Positions 38,423-47,911 of a stretch of DNA of 64,000 nt are shown here, piece after piece. The stretch lies in NCBI GenBank assembly GCA_964643725.1, contig CAZXTL010000001.1:129041-193040 (forward strand), given 5' to 3'. The stretch is from an uncultured Candidatus Marinamargulisbacteria bacterium (GTDB lineage Bacteria > Margulisbacteria > Riflemargulisbacteria > GWF2-35-9 > DYQY01). The position numbers were made by a program, and so were the translations under genes. Every line of letters starts with the position of its first letter. Positions within the stretch are counted from its first letter, which is position 1. Under the pieces are notes generated by a model, which worked only from the letters and a program-made list of their open reading frames with translations, was not told the DNA's origin and did no database searches.

Positions 38423-39200
38423 TTTTAGTTGGTTTGTTTTTTCTGAGTGCTTGTTGTAAAGATCTTGAGATATAAGAAGAAAGTTTATCTTCTAGCAGAG
38501 TGATTGATTCCTTAGCTTGCATGCTAAGGATACTTTCTTTGGAAATCTGCATTAATAGGAATTCTTGTTCGCTCCTTCTTTTTAGTTTATTGGCTAAGGG
38601 TAAGAAGATAAGATTTGCAAGAACAGCTCCATAAAACGTCGTAAGTATTGCTGTGGACATTCCAGGTCCTAGCGCACTTGGGTCACTTAGGTTAGAAAGC
38701 ATTTGAACTAGTCCAATTAGTGTTCCAATTAATCCAAACGCAGGCGCAAATACACCTAAAGCTTGAAATATTTCTCTTCCAAGTTTGTGTCTAGACTGCA
38801 TGATAGTTATTTCTGTATTTAATGCTCTTATTATCTCTTGCCTAGGTATCCCATCGGCAATCATCTGAGTTCCTTTTAAAACAAAGAAATCATCTAGTTT
38901 TTTTGCATGTGATGGTAAGTGAATAAGACCTTCTCTTCGAGCTATTCCTGCTAGGTTGACTAATTCTATCATGTGATAGGTAGGTTCCTTTATGCTTGAG
39001 TGAAAGGCTTTGCCTGCAATTTTAATTACTTTGATAACTTCGTTAAGTGGATAGCTTATTAAAGTTGCTGCAATTGTTCCTCCTGCAACTATCAATATGC
39101 TTGGAATAGAGAAAAATATACCTAGTCCGCTTTGAATAAAAATGGCTAGCAAAATAAGGGTGACACCCGAAGCTATTCCTAAAATAGTAGTTAGATCCAA
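38415..39200 (-). CDS. MotA/PomA-like proton-channel stator protein
   Basis: It has MotA topology: 4 TM in a 2+2 arrangement with a about 100-aa cytoplasmic loop. The conserved TM3-4 region reads FGLIGTLIGLVQML...GMSTAILTTFYGAVLANLIFLP. It overlaps the motB-like start by 8 nt. Confidence 0.7.
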   Translation of the reverse strand: MDLTTILGIASGVTLILLAIFIQSGLGIFFSIPSILIVAGGTIAATLISYPLNEVIKVIKIAGKAFHSSIKEPTYHMIELVNLAGIARREGLIHLPSHAKKLDDFFVLKGTQMIADGIPRQEIIRALNTEITIMQSRHKLGREIFQALGVFAPAFGLIGTLIGLVQMLSNLSDPSALGPGMSTAILTTFYGAVLANLIFLPLANKLKRRSEQEFLLMQISKESILSMQAKESITLLEDKLSSYISRSLQQALRKNKPTKNE

Positions 39201-39336
39201 ATAATGGCCCCTTTGAAGTGAATTTTTTCTTTAATAAGTTTAAGCTTTACACCCATTCTTTGCAACGATTTTTAGTTTCTCTACAACAAGAAGTCTGAGT
39301 GGTATAATAAAATTCAAAATGAAGGATAATAGCACC

Positions 39337-39567
39337 ATGAAATTTGAAGATAAAATAAAAGAGATTGAAAAGACAGTTAGAGAGCTGGATTCGGAGATTT
39401 CCTTAGATGATGCAGTCGTTAAATATGAGACTGGGATGAGATACGTTGAGGAATGTGAAAAGGAGCTTAAAAGGGCTGAAGTTAGAATCCATAAACTTGT
39501 TCAAAAAAAAGATAATTCTGTTCTAATAGAACCGATTGAAGAAAATGAATACCCTACCTTATTTTGA
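39337..39567 (+). CDS. xseB: exodeoxyribonuclease VII small subunit
   Basis: XseB pattern is present: FEDKIKEIEKTVRELDSEISLDDAVVKYETGMRYVEECEKELKRAEVRI. It is followed by ispA-dxs, a conserved synteny. An alternative start lies at 39319. Confidence 0.7.
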   Translation: MKFEDKIKEIEKTVRELDSEISLDDAVVKYETGMRYVEECEKELKRAEVRIHKLVQKKDNSVLIEPIEENEYPTLF

Positions 39568-40441
39568 TCAATATAAAAATATGATTGAGGAGCATTTATT
39601 AGATGTTCTTTCTTTCCAAGATACAGATACTGACCTTATTATTGAGGCCTCTAAATACAGCGTTATGGCTGGCGGGAAAAGAATAAGAGGTTGTATTATT
39701 CTTGCTGTCGGATCTTTATATAAGGATGCTAATAATTTTCTGCCCTTAGCTGCTGCAGTTGAAATGATTCATGCTTATTCCTTAATCCACGATGATCTTC
39801 CAGCAATGGATGATGATGATTTCAGGAGAGGGAAGCCTTCTAATCATAAAGTATTTGGAGAAGATATGGCTATTTTGGCTGGTGATTTTCTGATGACAAA
39901 GGCATATGAAGAAATGTCAGAGGGATTGCTTAATAATGGATTCGAGCCTAAGAACATAGTAAATACAATAACTTATTTGAGTAGAGCTTTAGGCTCACAA
40001 GGCATGGTCGGTGGTCAGGTTATGGATATTAAAAGCTCAAAAGATTCTTGTGGTTTAGATAGACTTCGAAAAATACATGAACTTAAGACAGGTCGATTTA
40101 TCAGAGCTGCTTTTATTTGTCCTTTAATTTTGAGTACAGGGAAAGAAGATTTAGTCGGAGAATTTTCTTTAGTTGAGTATGCTGATAATTTAGGATTACT
40201 TTTTCAGGTTATAGACGACATCTTGGATGAGACATCTGATGCTGTTACTTTAGGAAAACCAATTGGCTCTGATAAAGATAATGATAAGGCAACTTATGTT
40301 TCATTAATGGGGCTTGTAGGAGCAAAAGATTTTGCAAGTAACATTTATGATGAAATGATTGGTTCTTTAAAAAATGTAGACAAGCGAATCAAGAAAGTAC
40401 TAATGGATTTTACAATGATGGTTTATAAGAGGAATAATTAG
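39536..40441 (+). CDS. ispA: (2E,6E)-farnesyl diphosphate synthase / geranyltranstransferase
   Basis: The FARM motif (LIHDDLPAMDDDDFRRGKP) and SARM motif (FQVIDDILD) are present. Confidence 0.8.
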   Translation: MKKMNTLPYFDQYKNMIEEHLLDVLSFQDTDTDLIIEASKYSVMAGGKRIRGCIILAVGSLYKDANNFLPLAAAVEMIHAYSLIHDDLPAMDDDDFRRGKPSNHKVFGEDMAILAGDFLMTKAYEEMSEGLLNNGFEPKNIVNTITYLSRALGSQGMVGGQVMDIKSSKDSCGLDRLRKIHELKTGRFIRAAFICPLILSTGKEDLVGEFSLVEYADNLGLLFQVIDDILDETSDAVTLGKPIGSDKDNDKATYVSLMGLVGAKDFASNIYDEMIGSLKNVDKRIKKVLMDFTMMVYKRNN

Positions 40442-42321
40442 TGGGATTATTAGAAAATATTGATTTGCCGATTGGCCTAAAAAATCTTACAGAGCAGGAA
40501 TTATATTCTGTTGCAGATGAGTGTAGGAATAAAATAATTGAGGTTGTAGCCGAAAATGGTGGCCACTTATCTCCTAATTTAGGGGTTGTTGAGCTTACAG
40601 TAGCTATCCATGCTTCCTTAGAAAGCCCAAAGGATAAGATTATATGGGATGTTGGTCATCAAGCCTATACTCATAAATTGTTAACAGGAAGGCTAAACAG
40701 TTTTTCTACTATTCGAAAAACAGATGGAATCAGCGGTTTTCCCAAAAGAAGTGAGTCGCAGCATGATATTTTTGGAGCAGGTCATGCTGCTACATCTATT
40801 TCTGCAGCATTAGGTATTGCAAAAGCTAGGGACATAGCTGGAGATAAGTTTACAGTGTTATCGGTTATTGGTGATGCTTCCATTTCTTCCGGAGAAGCAT
40901 TTGAGGCAATAAATAATGTACACTGCATTAAAGGACCATTTATTGTAATTTTAAATGATAACGAGATGTCAATTTCAGAGTCAGTGGGAGTTGTTTCAGA
41001 TCATATAACCTCATTACGGTACAACATGCTTTATCGTGGGTTCAAGAAAAAAGCCGAAGCTCTTATTAAAAGATTACCGAAGGGAGAGCCTTTAGCTGTT
41101 TCTATTGATAAACTAATAACTAGAACAAAACACTTATTGATAAATTATAAAAAAATAGGTGTCATATATGAAGAGCTTGGTTTTAGGTATCTTGGTCCGA
41201 TAGATGGTTATAATATTCCTCATATAATGGGAGCAATAAACTATGCGAAGCAAGCTCCAGAGCCAGTAATTATACATATACTTACTAAAAAAGGTCATGG
41301 TTATCCACCAGCCGAAAATGATCCCACAAGATTTCATGGGTTAGGTAAGTTTGATCCTAAAACAGGAGAACCTTTAGATAAGAAAAATAAGATTACATAT
41401 ACAAGTGTTTTTGGTGACAAACTTGTAAAGCTCGCACAAAAAGATAAAAAGATAGTAGCTATAACAGCTGCGATGGAAGATGGGACTGGTCTTTGTAAAT
41501 TTAGGTCAAAATTTCCAGAAAGATTCATTGATGTAGGAATGAGTGAGGAGCATGCAGTTACCTTTGCAGCAGGACTTGCAGTACAAGGGTTTAAGCCTGT
41601 TGTTGCTATATATTCTACTTTTATGCAACGTTCTTTTGATCAGATAATACATGATATTGCGCTACAGAATCTTCCAGTTGTGCTTGTGATGGATAGAGCA
41701 GGACTTGTGGGAGAGGATGGCCCAACACATCATGGAGTGTTTGATATTCCTTTTATGAGGATGATTCCAAATATGACCGTTTTAGCTCCTAAAGATCATA
41801 AAGAGCTAGAACAAATGATGGATTTTGCTTTTAAACAAAGTGGGCCAGTGTCCATAAGATATCCTAAGGGAGATGTCCCAAACATTGATTATCCGCAAAC
41901 ACCTATAATCAAAGGCAAGGCTGAGGTGTTGATAGATAATAAAAACGCTAAGGTTACTGTTTTTGCATGTGGGTCAATGGTTGTTCCTTTTTATGAGATA
42001 ATTACTGAGCATAATTTAAATGTTAATTTGATTAATGTAAGGTTTATTAAACCTTTTGATGAAAGTACAGCAAAAACTTTCTTAAAGAAATCAAAATTTG
42101 TTATTACTGCTGAAGAGGGTATCACAAGTGGTGGACTTTATGGGATAATTTCAGAAATGATTCAGAGAGAAGGAATTTCTGTAAAAACCAAAGCAGTTGG
42201 TATAAATGAGGATATTTTTGTTGAGCATGGAAGCAAAAACGATCTTTTTGTAAGACTTGAAATGGATAATGTGTCCATTAAAAAATTTCTAATAAAAGCA
42301 CTGGAGGAAGAAAAATGTTAA
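40441..42321 (+). CDS. dxs: 1-deoxy-D-xylulose-5-phosphate synthase
   Basis: It is 626 aa and has the TPP-binding motif GDASISSGEAFEA. The Dxs N-terminal pattern is GGHLSPNLGVVELTVAIH. It has a GTG start. Confidence 0.9.
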   Translation: MGLLENIDLPIGLKNLTEQELYSVADECRNKIIEVVAENGGHLSPNLGVVELTVAIHASLESPKDKIIWDVGHQAYTHKLLTGRLNSFSTIRKTDGISGFPKRSESQHDIFGAGHAATSISAALGIAKARDIAGDKFTVLSVIGDASISSGEAFEAINNVHCIKGPFIVILNDNEMSISESVGVVSDHITSLRYNMLYRGFKKKAEALIKRLPKGEPLAVSIDKLITRTKHLLINYKKIGVIYEELGFRYLGPIDGYNIPHIMGAINYAKQAPEPVIIHILTKKGHGYPPAENDPTRFHGLGKFDPKTGEPLDKKNKITYTSVFGDKLVKLAQKDKKIVAITAAMEDGTGLCKFRSKFPERFIDVGMSEEHAVTFAAGLAVQGFKPVVAIYSTFMQRSFDQIIHDIALQNLPVVLVMDRAGLVGEDGPTHHGVFDIPFMRMIPNMTVLAPKDHKELEQMMDFAFKQSGPVSIRYPKGDVPNIDYPQTPIIKGKAEVLIDNKNAKVTVFACGSMVVPFYEIITEHNLNVNLINVRFIKPFDESTAKTFLKKSKFVITAEEGITSGGLYGIISEMIQREGISVKTKAVGINEDIFVEHGSKNDLFVRLEMDNVSIKKFLIKALEEEKC

Positions 42322-42902
42322 GTTTATTTTTATTATTAATAGTTTGTTATTTGTTGGGTGCTATTCCTTTTAGTTATTTGGTCGCAAGGGTAAAAGGCGT
42401 TGATTTGACAAAGGTTGGCAGTGGAAACATCGGGGCTACAAACGTTTACAGGTCTGTTGGTCCTTTGTTTGGAGTTATAGCTTTTTTTTGTGATGCAGGG
42501 AAAGGGTTCTTTGCTGCTTTGATTATCAATATATTTACTTACGGTGATCCCTTAATGACAGTTATTGGTTCAACCTTGGCAGTTTTAGGTCATACGTTTA
42601 GCCCTTTTGTTGGTTTTAAAGGTGGAAAGGGAGTTGCAACAGGAGTTGGAGTCTTGTTTTTTATACAGCCTTTAGTTGCTATCATTGGGCTTGTTTCGGA
42701 ATTAATAATAATTAAATTTACCAGATATGTATCTTTTGCTTCTATTGTTTCAGGAATTATTATTTTGATATTGATGTTTATACCTTTTTTTAATGTTGAG
42801 CTGGCTTATTCTTGGTTTGTATTTATAGTTGTTGCTTATATAATCTATAAGCATAAGATTAATATTCAAAGATTACTTAAAGGACAGGAGAATAAGATTT
42901 AA
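42315..42902 (+). CDS. plsY: glycerol-3-phosphate acyltransferase PlsY
   Basis: PlsY motifs are GSGNIGATN and FKGGKGVAT. Topology is 5 TM. Confidence 0.85.
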   Translation: MLSLFLLLIVCYLLGAIPFSYLVARVKGVDLTKVGSGNIGATNVYRSVGPLFGVIAFFCDAGKGFFAALIINIFTYGDPLMTVIGSTLAVLGHTFSPFVGFKGGKGVATGVGVLFFIQPLVAIIGLVSELIIIKFTRYVSFASIVSGIIILILMFIPFFNVELAYSWFVFIVVAYIIYKHKINIQRLLKGQENKI

Positions 42903-42904
42903 AT

Positions 42905-43912
42905 ATGAAAGCACTTGTTGTTGGTTGTGGTGCTTGGGGAACTTCTTTGGCAAAGGTTTTGTCAGAGAAAAATGATAAGGTATATATCGCCTGTCATAGT
43001 GAAAAAATAATTGAAGATATTAACTTAAATAGAGTTAATTCTTATTATGGATTAATTGAGCCAAAGCTTTCTTCTGTTATAGAGGCTATTTCTTTTGACG
43101 AGATATCCTTAGTGATTGAGGATGTAACTGTGATTTTCGTGGTTGTTTCCTCGAACTTTTATCGTTCAGTGATGAAAATTCTACAACCAATGATTCTTGA
43201 CCAACATATTATTGTAAGTGCAACAAAAGGCATGGAAGAGAGTGGTCTTTCTATGCTAGAGATAGACAGACAGATTTTTTCTGTTGAACAATTAAATGAG
43301 CAATTCTGCGTTCTTTCTGGTCCTAATTTAGCTAAAGAAATCTATCAAGGATTACCTGCAGCTACTGTAATTGCGTCTCATAACATTAATGTAGCAAAAA
43401 TAGTCCAACAAATGATTAGTAGCGAGAGCTTTAGAGCTTATGTTTGTGATGATGTTATTGGAGTCATGTATGGCGGAATCCTTAAGAATGTAATTGCTCT
43501 GGCCGCTGGGATTGTTGATGCTATGAATCTGGGAACAAATGCTAAGTCAGCATTAATGGTAAGAGGAATAGCTGAAATGCGTAGGTTTTGTTTGCATGTT
43601 GGCGGACAGGAAGATACTGTTTTCGGTTTGTCTGGGTTTGGCGATCTTATTACTACTTGCAATGGACCTAAAAGTCGCAACTATTCGGTTGGGCTTGCCT
43701 TAGGCAAAGGAGAGAGAATAGACGATATTCTTTCTGGTATGGTTGATGTTGCAGAAGGAGTTACTTCAAGTAAGGTAATCCATCAGTTATCAATTAAGCA
43801 AAAGATTGAGATGCCAATCATTACAGCTGTATATAAAGTTATCTATGAGAGTGCTTCTATTAAAGAGACTATTAGTTCATTAATGAACAGAGATCTCAAA
43901 AAGGAAGATTGA
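42905..43912 (+). CDS. gpsA: NAD(P)H-dependent glycerol-3-phosphate dehydrogenase
   Basis: GpsA motifs are VVGCGAWGTSLA, GPNLAKE, GILKNVIALAAG. Confidence 0.85.
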   Translation: MKALVVGCGAWGTSLAKVLSEKNDKVYIACHSEKIIEDINLNRVNSYYGLIEPKLSSVIEAISFDEISLVIEDVTVIFVVVSSNFYRSVMKILQPMILDQHIIVSATKGMEESGLSMLEIDRQIFSVEQLNEQFCVLSGPNLAKEIYQGLPAATVIASHNINVAKIVQQMISSESFRAYVCDDVIGVMYGGILKNVIALAAGIVDAMNLGTNAKSALMVRGIAEMRRFCLHVGGQEDTVFGLSGFGDLITTCNGPKSRNYSVGLALGKGERIDDILSGMVDVAEGVTSSKVIHQLSIKQKIEMPIITAVYKVIYESASIKETISSLMNRDLKKED

Positions 43913-44979
43913 CATTGGTAGGAAAAAACAATTTTGATAAAGAACAAGTAATTGTCGTTACAATAAAGGATAGAAATTTCCAATACTCTGTTGCAGAGGT
44001 AATCTCTTTAGTTGAGAACTTGCATGCGGAAGTGATTCTGACTTTAACAATGCACCGAGATGCGCTTAGTGGTTCTACTTATTTAGGTAAAGGTAAAATA
44101 GAAGAAGTGGCTGAGGCTATAAAAGAGTTTAAGGTTGAGACAATAGTTATTAATGACAATATTTCTCCGTTGCAAAAACAAGCATTAGAAGAGCAACTAA
44201 AATGTAAGGTTTTAGATAGGACTGAGATAATTTTATCGATCTTTGCATCAAGGGCATCTTCTAAGGAAGCGCAGTTACAGGTTGAGCTTGCGCAACTTCA
44301 GTATCTTTATCCTAGACTTACAAAAATGTGGGGACATCTTTCTAGACAGCAGGGCGGAATTGGAATGAAGGGTGTGGGTGAGACACAGTTAGAGATAGAT
44401 AAACGGATGATTAAGAAGAAGGTTAGCAGGCTCAAAGATGACCTAAAGAAAGTAAAAGAAAATAGGTCTTTGATGAGGAAGAAACGTATGATGAGTAATA
44501 CTCCTATAGTTTCTTTGGTTGGCTATACTAATGCTGGGAAGTCTACAATGTTTAATTCATTTAAGGGGAAAGAAGCCTTTGCTAAGGATCAATTGTTTGC
44601 AACGCTTGATACAATAACTAAAAAGGTTAGCTATGAGAACGCTGAATTTTATATAGTAGATACTGTCGGTTTTATAAATAATCTTCCGCATTTTTTGATA
44701 GAGTCTTTTAAGGCAACATTGGAAGAAGTTTTTCTAAGCGATGTGCTTATTCATGTTGTAGACGCTTCTAGTAAACAGCTTACACAAGAAATAAAAGCAG
44801 TTTATGAGGTTCTGCATGAGTTGGGAATAGATGATAAGCCAATAATAACAGTTTATAACAAAATAGATTTGGTTAAAGAAAAGGATATACTGCCAGATAA
44901 TGGGCTTCATGTTTCTTTGAAAACAGGTGAAAATCTTGACCTTTTAGTTAAAGAGATTTTAGAAAAGGTAAAGAAATGA
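43909..44979 (+). CDS. hflX: GTPase HflX
   Basis: The HflX N-domain is followed by G-motifs GYTNAGKST, DTVGF, NKID. It has a TTG start overlapping the gpsA stop. Confidence 0.8.
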   Translation: MTLVGKNNFDKEQVIVVTIKDRNFQYSVAEVISLVENLHAEVILTLTMHRDALSGSTYLGKGKIEEVAEAIKEFKVETIVINDNISPLQKQALEEQLKCKVLDRTEIILSIFASRASSKEAQLQVELAQLQYLYPRLTKMWGHLSRQQGGIGMKGVGETQLEIDKRMIKKKVSRLKDDLKKVKENRSLMRKKRMMSNTPIVSLVGYTNAGKSTMFNSFKGKEAFAKDQLFATLDTITKKVSYENAEFYIVDTVGFINNLPHFLIESFKATLEEVFLSDVLIHVVDASSKQLTQEIKAVYEVLHELGIDDKPIITVYNKIDLVKEKDILPDNGLHVSLKTGENLDLLVKEILEKVKK

Positions 44980-47738
44980 GTTGCTTAGATTTTATTGCGT
45001 TAGACGTTGAAACTACAGGTTTAGATGAGAAAAGAAACGAAATTACAGAGATCGGTATCGTTAGGTTCCGTAAAGGCGAACTTGTAGCCGAATATTCTAC
45101 TTTAGTTAAACCTACAGAAATGATTTCTGATTTTGTTGCAAATATGACTGGAATCACTAATGAGATGGTGAGTCATGCACCAGTTTTTGAAGCAGTAGTT
45201 GATGAAATGCTTGAGTTTATTGGTAACGATCTGGTTGTTGGGCATAATATCAAGTTTGATATAGGGATGTTAGATCAAGCACTCATAAGAGTAAATAAAC
45301 CTGTTCTGGACAATGTAATGCTAGATACGTTGGATATTATTTCCATTTTAAACCCCACTGGTGGTAGCTTTAAGTTAAGCCATTTGGCAAAAATATATGG
45401 TGTATTAGAGGAAAATGTTCATCGAGCAAAAGATGATAGTTTGATGACTGCTAATCTATACTTAAAGCTAGTAGAAGAGATAAAAACTTTAGACAAAAAT
45501 GTAGTTTCTGTTTTGCTTTATTATTTAGATCAGACTGATATTCCTTTACGAATGATATTTGATGATGTGTTTGGTAATAAGCTTGAAAAACATGATTATC
45601 CTTGGGTGTCGTTTAAGTTTAACAAACTTAAAATAGGTGAAATAAGTGAACGATACAAGGACGATAGCTTCAAGGATAAGGATATTGATTCTTTGTTCCA
45701 AATGTTTAAGGAAGATGGAAGTTTAGCTAAGAATTTGCCAGGGTTTGAAGTAAGGTCAGCGCAAGTTGATATGATGGAAAAGGTTTGGCAAAGTTTTGAG
45801 AAAAATATTCATTTGGTCGTCGAGGCTGGCACAGGTACCGGGAAGTCCTTAGCTTACTTACTTCCAGCAGTATTTTTTGCCTTAAAACAGGAGAAGACAG
45901 TTGTTATATCCACTAAGACTAAAGCTTTGCAGGAACAGTTGGTAGATAAAGACATCCCGACTTTAAAAAAGGCATTAGGAATAGAATTTAAAGAAGAGAT
46001 GATTAAAGGCAAAGAGAATTATATTTGTTTAAACAAATTTGCTTATTTAATGAATTCTGCTGTGTCCAGAAAGGATGATTCGTTACTTAAAGGCGCATTA
46101 TCACTCATGATGTGGGTGATTTCATCGGAAAGAGGAGACATTTCTGAAATACATAATAGTTTGAAGACAAGGTTTAATTCCCAGATAAAAGCAGAAACAA
46201 AAAGTTGTTTGCAATCCCATTGTCCTTTTAAACAGGTTTGTTTTTTAAATAAATTAAAAGAGAATGCCAAGAATGCAAACATTATTGTAGTTAATCATGC
46301 TCTTTTGCTTGCGGATATACATTATGGGAGAAATGTTCTGCCAGAATTTGATCAGCTTATTATTGATGAGGCTCATACGTTAGAAGATGTGGCTACAGGT
46401 TGTTTTTCTATGTCTTTTGCTAAAAAAAGGTTAAATGAGTTATTTTCTAAGATGGTGGAGAATAATTCTATTGATGATTTTGTTGTAGGGAAAGAAACTG
46501 AAAAAGATATGAAAAAGATTAAAACTAAGTTTAGAAAAGCTATAAAAGCTAATAATGATTGGTTTAATGAGATAGAAGATGTTTTTAAAGAAAAAGAAAA
46601 ACAAAATGTATTTTTTAAAAAAAGCCAGAAGAGGATAGGCTTTGCCGAGATAGAAGAAGGCGTTATTGATTCTATTTATAATTCCATTAATGATTTGATT
46701 GGGGTTTTGCTTGAGATAAAACCACTACTAAATGATTTAAGAATAGAAATTAAGGATGAACTTACGGTTTTTCAGAGGTCATTTTTAAGAGGAATTATTT
46801 CAGAAATAGACGGTTTATTAGAAGAACTTGCTCTTATGTATGAGAGAAGTCCAGGTTATATAAGATGGCTAGAGAAGGTTGAAAGACCAAGGTCAGTTCA
46901 TTACGAAATGATTATTACTCCATTGTCATCAGGGGATATCTTGCAGAAAGAGCTTTTAGATGGTTTAGGAGCGGTTATTCATACTTCTGCAACTGTTTCC
47001 ATAAACGGTAATTTTAATTATTATCTATCAAGGTTAGGATATTTAGATACGGATAAGAAGATAGAAACTGCTGTTTTTAGCTCACCATTCGACCTAGAGA
47101 AACGTATGCTCTTATGTGTTCCTAACGATGTTCCTGCATATAAGGATGACAAGGAATACGTGGATAGTATTTCTAAATATTTAAAGGAGCTTTTGATTGG
47201 AATAGATGGTAAAGCCTTAGTTCTATTTACTTCACATAAACATTTAAGTGATTGTTATTATGGGATTAAACATGAATTGGAAAAAGTGAAAATTCCAGTT
47301 TATTGCCAAGGCAAACAAATGTCTGACAAGAATCTTATAAACGCATTTAAGGATAAGGAAGGTGCTGTTTTAATGGGCACAGATAGCTTTTGGGAAGGAA
47401 TAGATGTTCCAGGGCGCAGTTTGTCTTATGTAATTGTTGTTAAGCTTCCTTTTGATGTCCCAACTGATCCTATAGTTATGGCGAGGATGGAGCAAGTCGC
47501 TACGTTGGGAAGAAGTAGTTTTTTTGATTATGTTGTACCTAAAGCAGTTGTAAAGTTCAAACAAGGAATTGGCAGACTAATTAGGTCTAAAACAGATAAA
47601 GGTGCTGTTATAATCCTTGATAAACGAGTGAAACATAAAGGATATGGGAAGTCATTTATTAATGCAATAACCGCTAGAAAGGTTAGCCCTGAAGATTTAC
47701 CATCAATGATAGCTTCCTTGAAGCTTTGGGTAGATTGA
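44976..47738 (+). CDS. dinG: DinG-family ATP-dependent helicase with N-terminal DnaQ-like 3'-5' exonuclease domain
   Basis: DEDD exonuclease motifs are IALDVETTG and HNIKFD. Helicase motifs are Walker A (AGTGTGKSLAYLLPA) and DEAH (IIDEAHTLED). Length is 920 aa. Confidence 0.8.
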   Translation: MSCLDFIALDVETTGLDEKRNEITEIGIVRFRKGELVAEYSTLVKPTEMISDFVANMTGITNEMVSHAPVFEAVVDEMLEFIGNDLVVGHNIKFDIGMLDQALIRVNKPVLDNVMLDTLDIISILNPTGGSFKLSHLAKIYGVLEENVHRAKDDSLMTANLYLKLVEEIKTLDKNVVSVLLYYLDQTDIPLRMIFDDVFGNKLEKHDYPWVSFKFNKLKIGEISERYKDDSFKDKDIDSLFQMFKEDGSLAKNLPGFEVRSAQVDMMEKVWQSFEKNIHLVVEAGTGTGKSLAYLLPAVFFALKQEKTVVISTKTKALQEQLVDKDIPTLKKALGIEFKEEMIKGKENYICLNKFAYLMNSAVSRKDDSLLKGALSLMMWVISSERGDISEIHNSLKTRFNSQIKAETKSCLQSHCPFKQVCFLNKLKENAKNANIIVVNHALLLADIHYGRNVLPEFDQLIIDEAHTLEDVATGCFSMSFAKKRLNELFSKMVENNSIDDFVVGKETEKDMKKIKTKFRKAIKANNDWFNEIEDVFKEKEKQNVFFKKSQKRIGFAEIEEGVIDSIYNSINDLIGVLLEIKPLLNDLRIEIKDELTVFQRSFLRGIISEIDGLLEELALMYERSPGYIRWLEKVERPRSVHYEMIITPLSSGDILQKELLDGLGAVIHTSATVSINGNFNYYLSRLGYLDTDKKIETAVFSSPFDLEKRMLLCVPNDVPAYKDDKEYVDSISKYLKELLIGIDGKALVLFTSHKHLSDCYYGIKHELEKVKIPVYCQGKQMSDKNLINAFKDKEGAVLMGTDSFWEGIDVPGRSLSYVIVVKLPFDVPTDPIVMARMEQVATLGRSSFFDYVVPKAVVKFKQGIGRLIRSKTDKGAVIILDKRVKHKGYGKSFINAITARKVSPEDLPSMIASLKLWVD

Positions 47739-47767
47739 AAATATACTTAAATTGTTTATTTGTTTAG

Positions 47768-47869
47768 GCGACTACGTCGCTGTTTATGTGTTTATTTGTT
47801 CAAGGTAAAATTTAAATATTATTAAACATGTTTGCTTTAGCAAACTATAAACACATCAACACATAAACA
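47768..47869. promoter_or_regulatory. nested palindromes upstream of the DHH-CBS gene: gcgac-tac-gtcgc; 11-bp inverted repeat gtttatgtgtt / aacacataaac; internal hairpin gtttgc-ttta-gcaaac
   Basis: Read directly from the sequence. The region is AT-rich and lies 40-140 bp upstream of the start at 47912. Confidence 0.35.
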
Positions 47870-47911
47870 AGATTTGATGCAATTTTTAATAGGTAAGTCC
47901 GATATATTTGT

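Noticed and set aside
37640-39200. Possibility that the MotAB-like pairs are Zorya (ZorAB) anti-phage defence modules
   Set aside because: ZorA carries a long C-terminal coiled-coil tail (protein about 700 aa), and ZorC/ZorD genes follow. Both MotA-like proteins here are about 260 aa with no tail. The neighbours are CheY, TPR and OMP genes rather than a ZorC/D-like nuclease or helicase.
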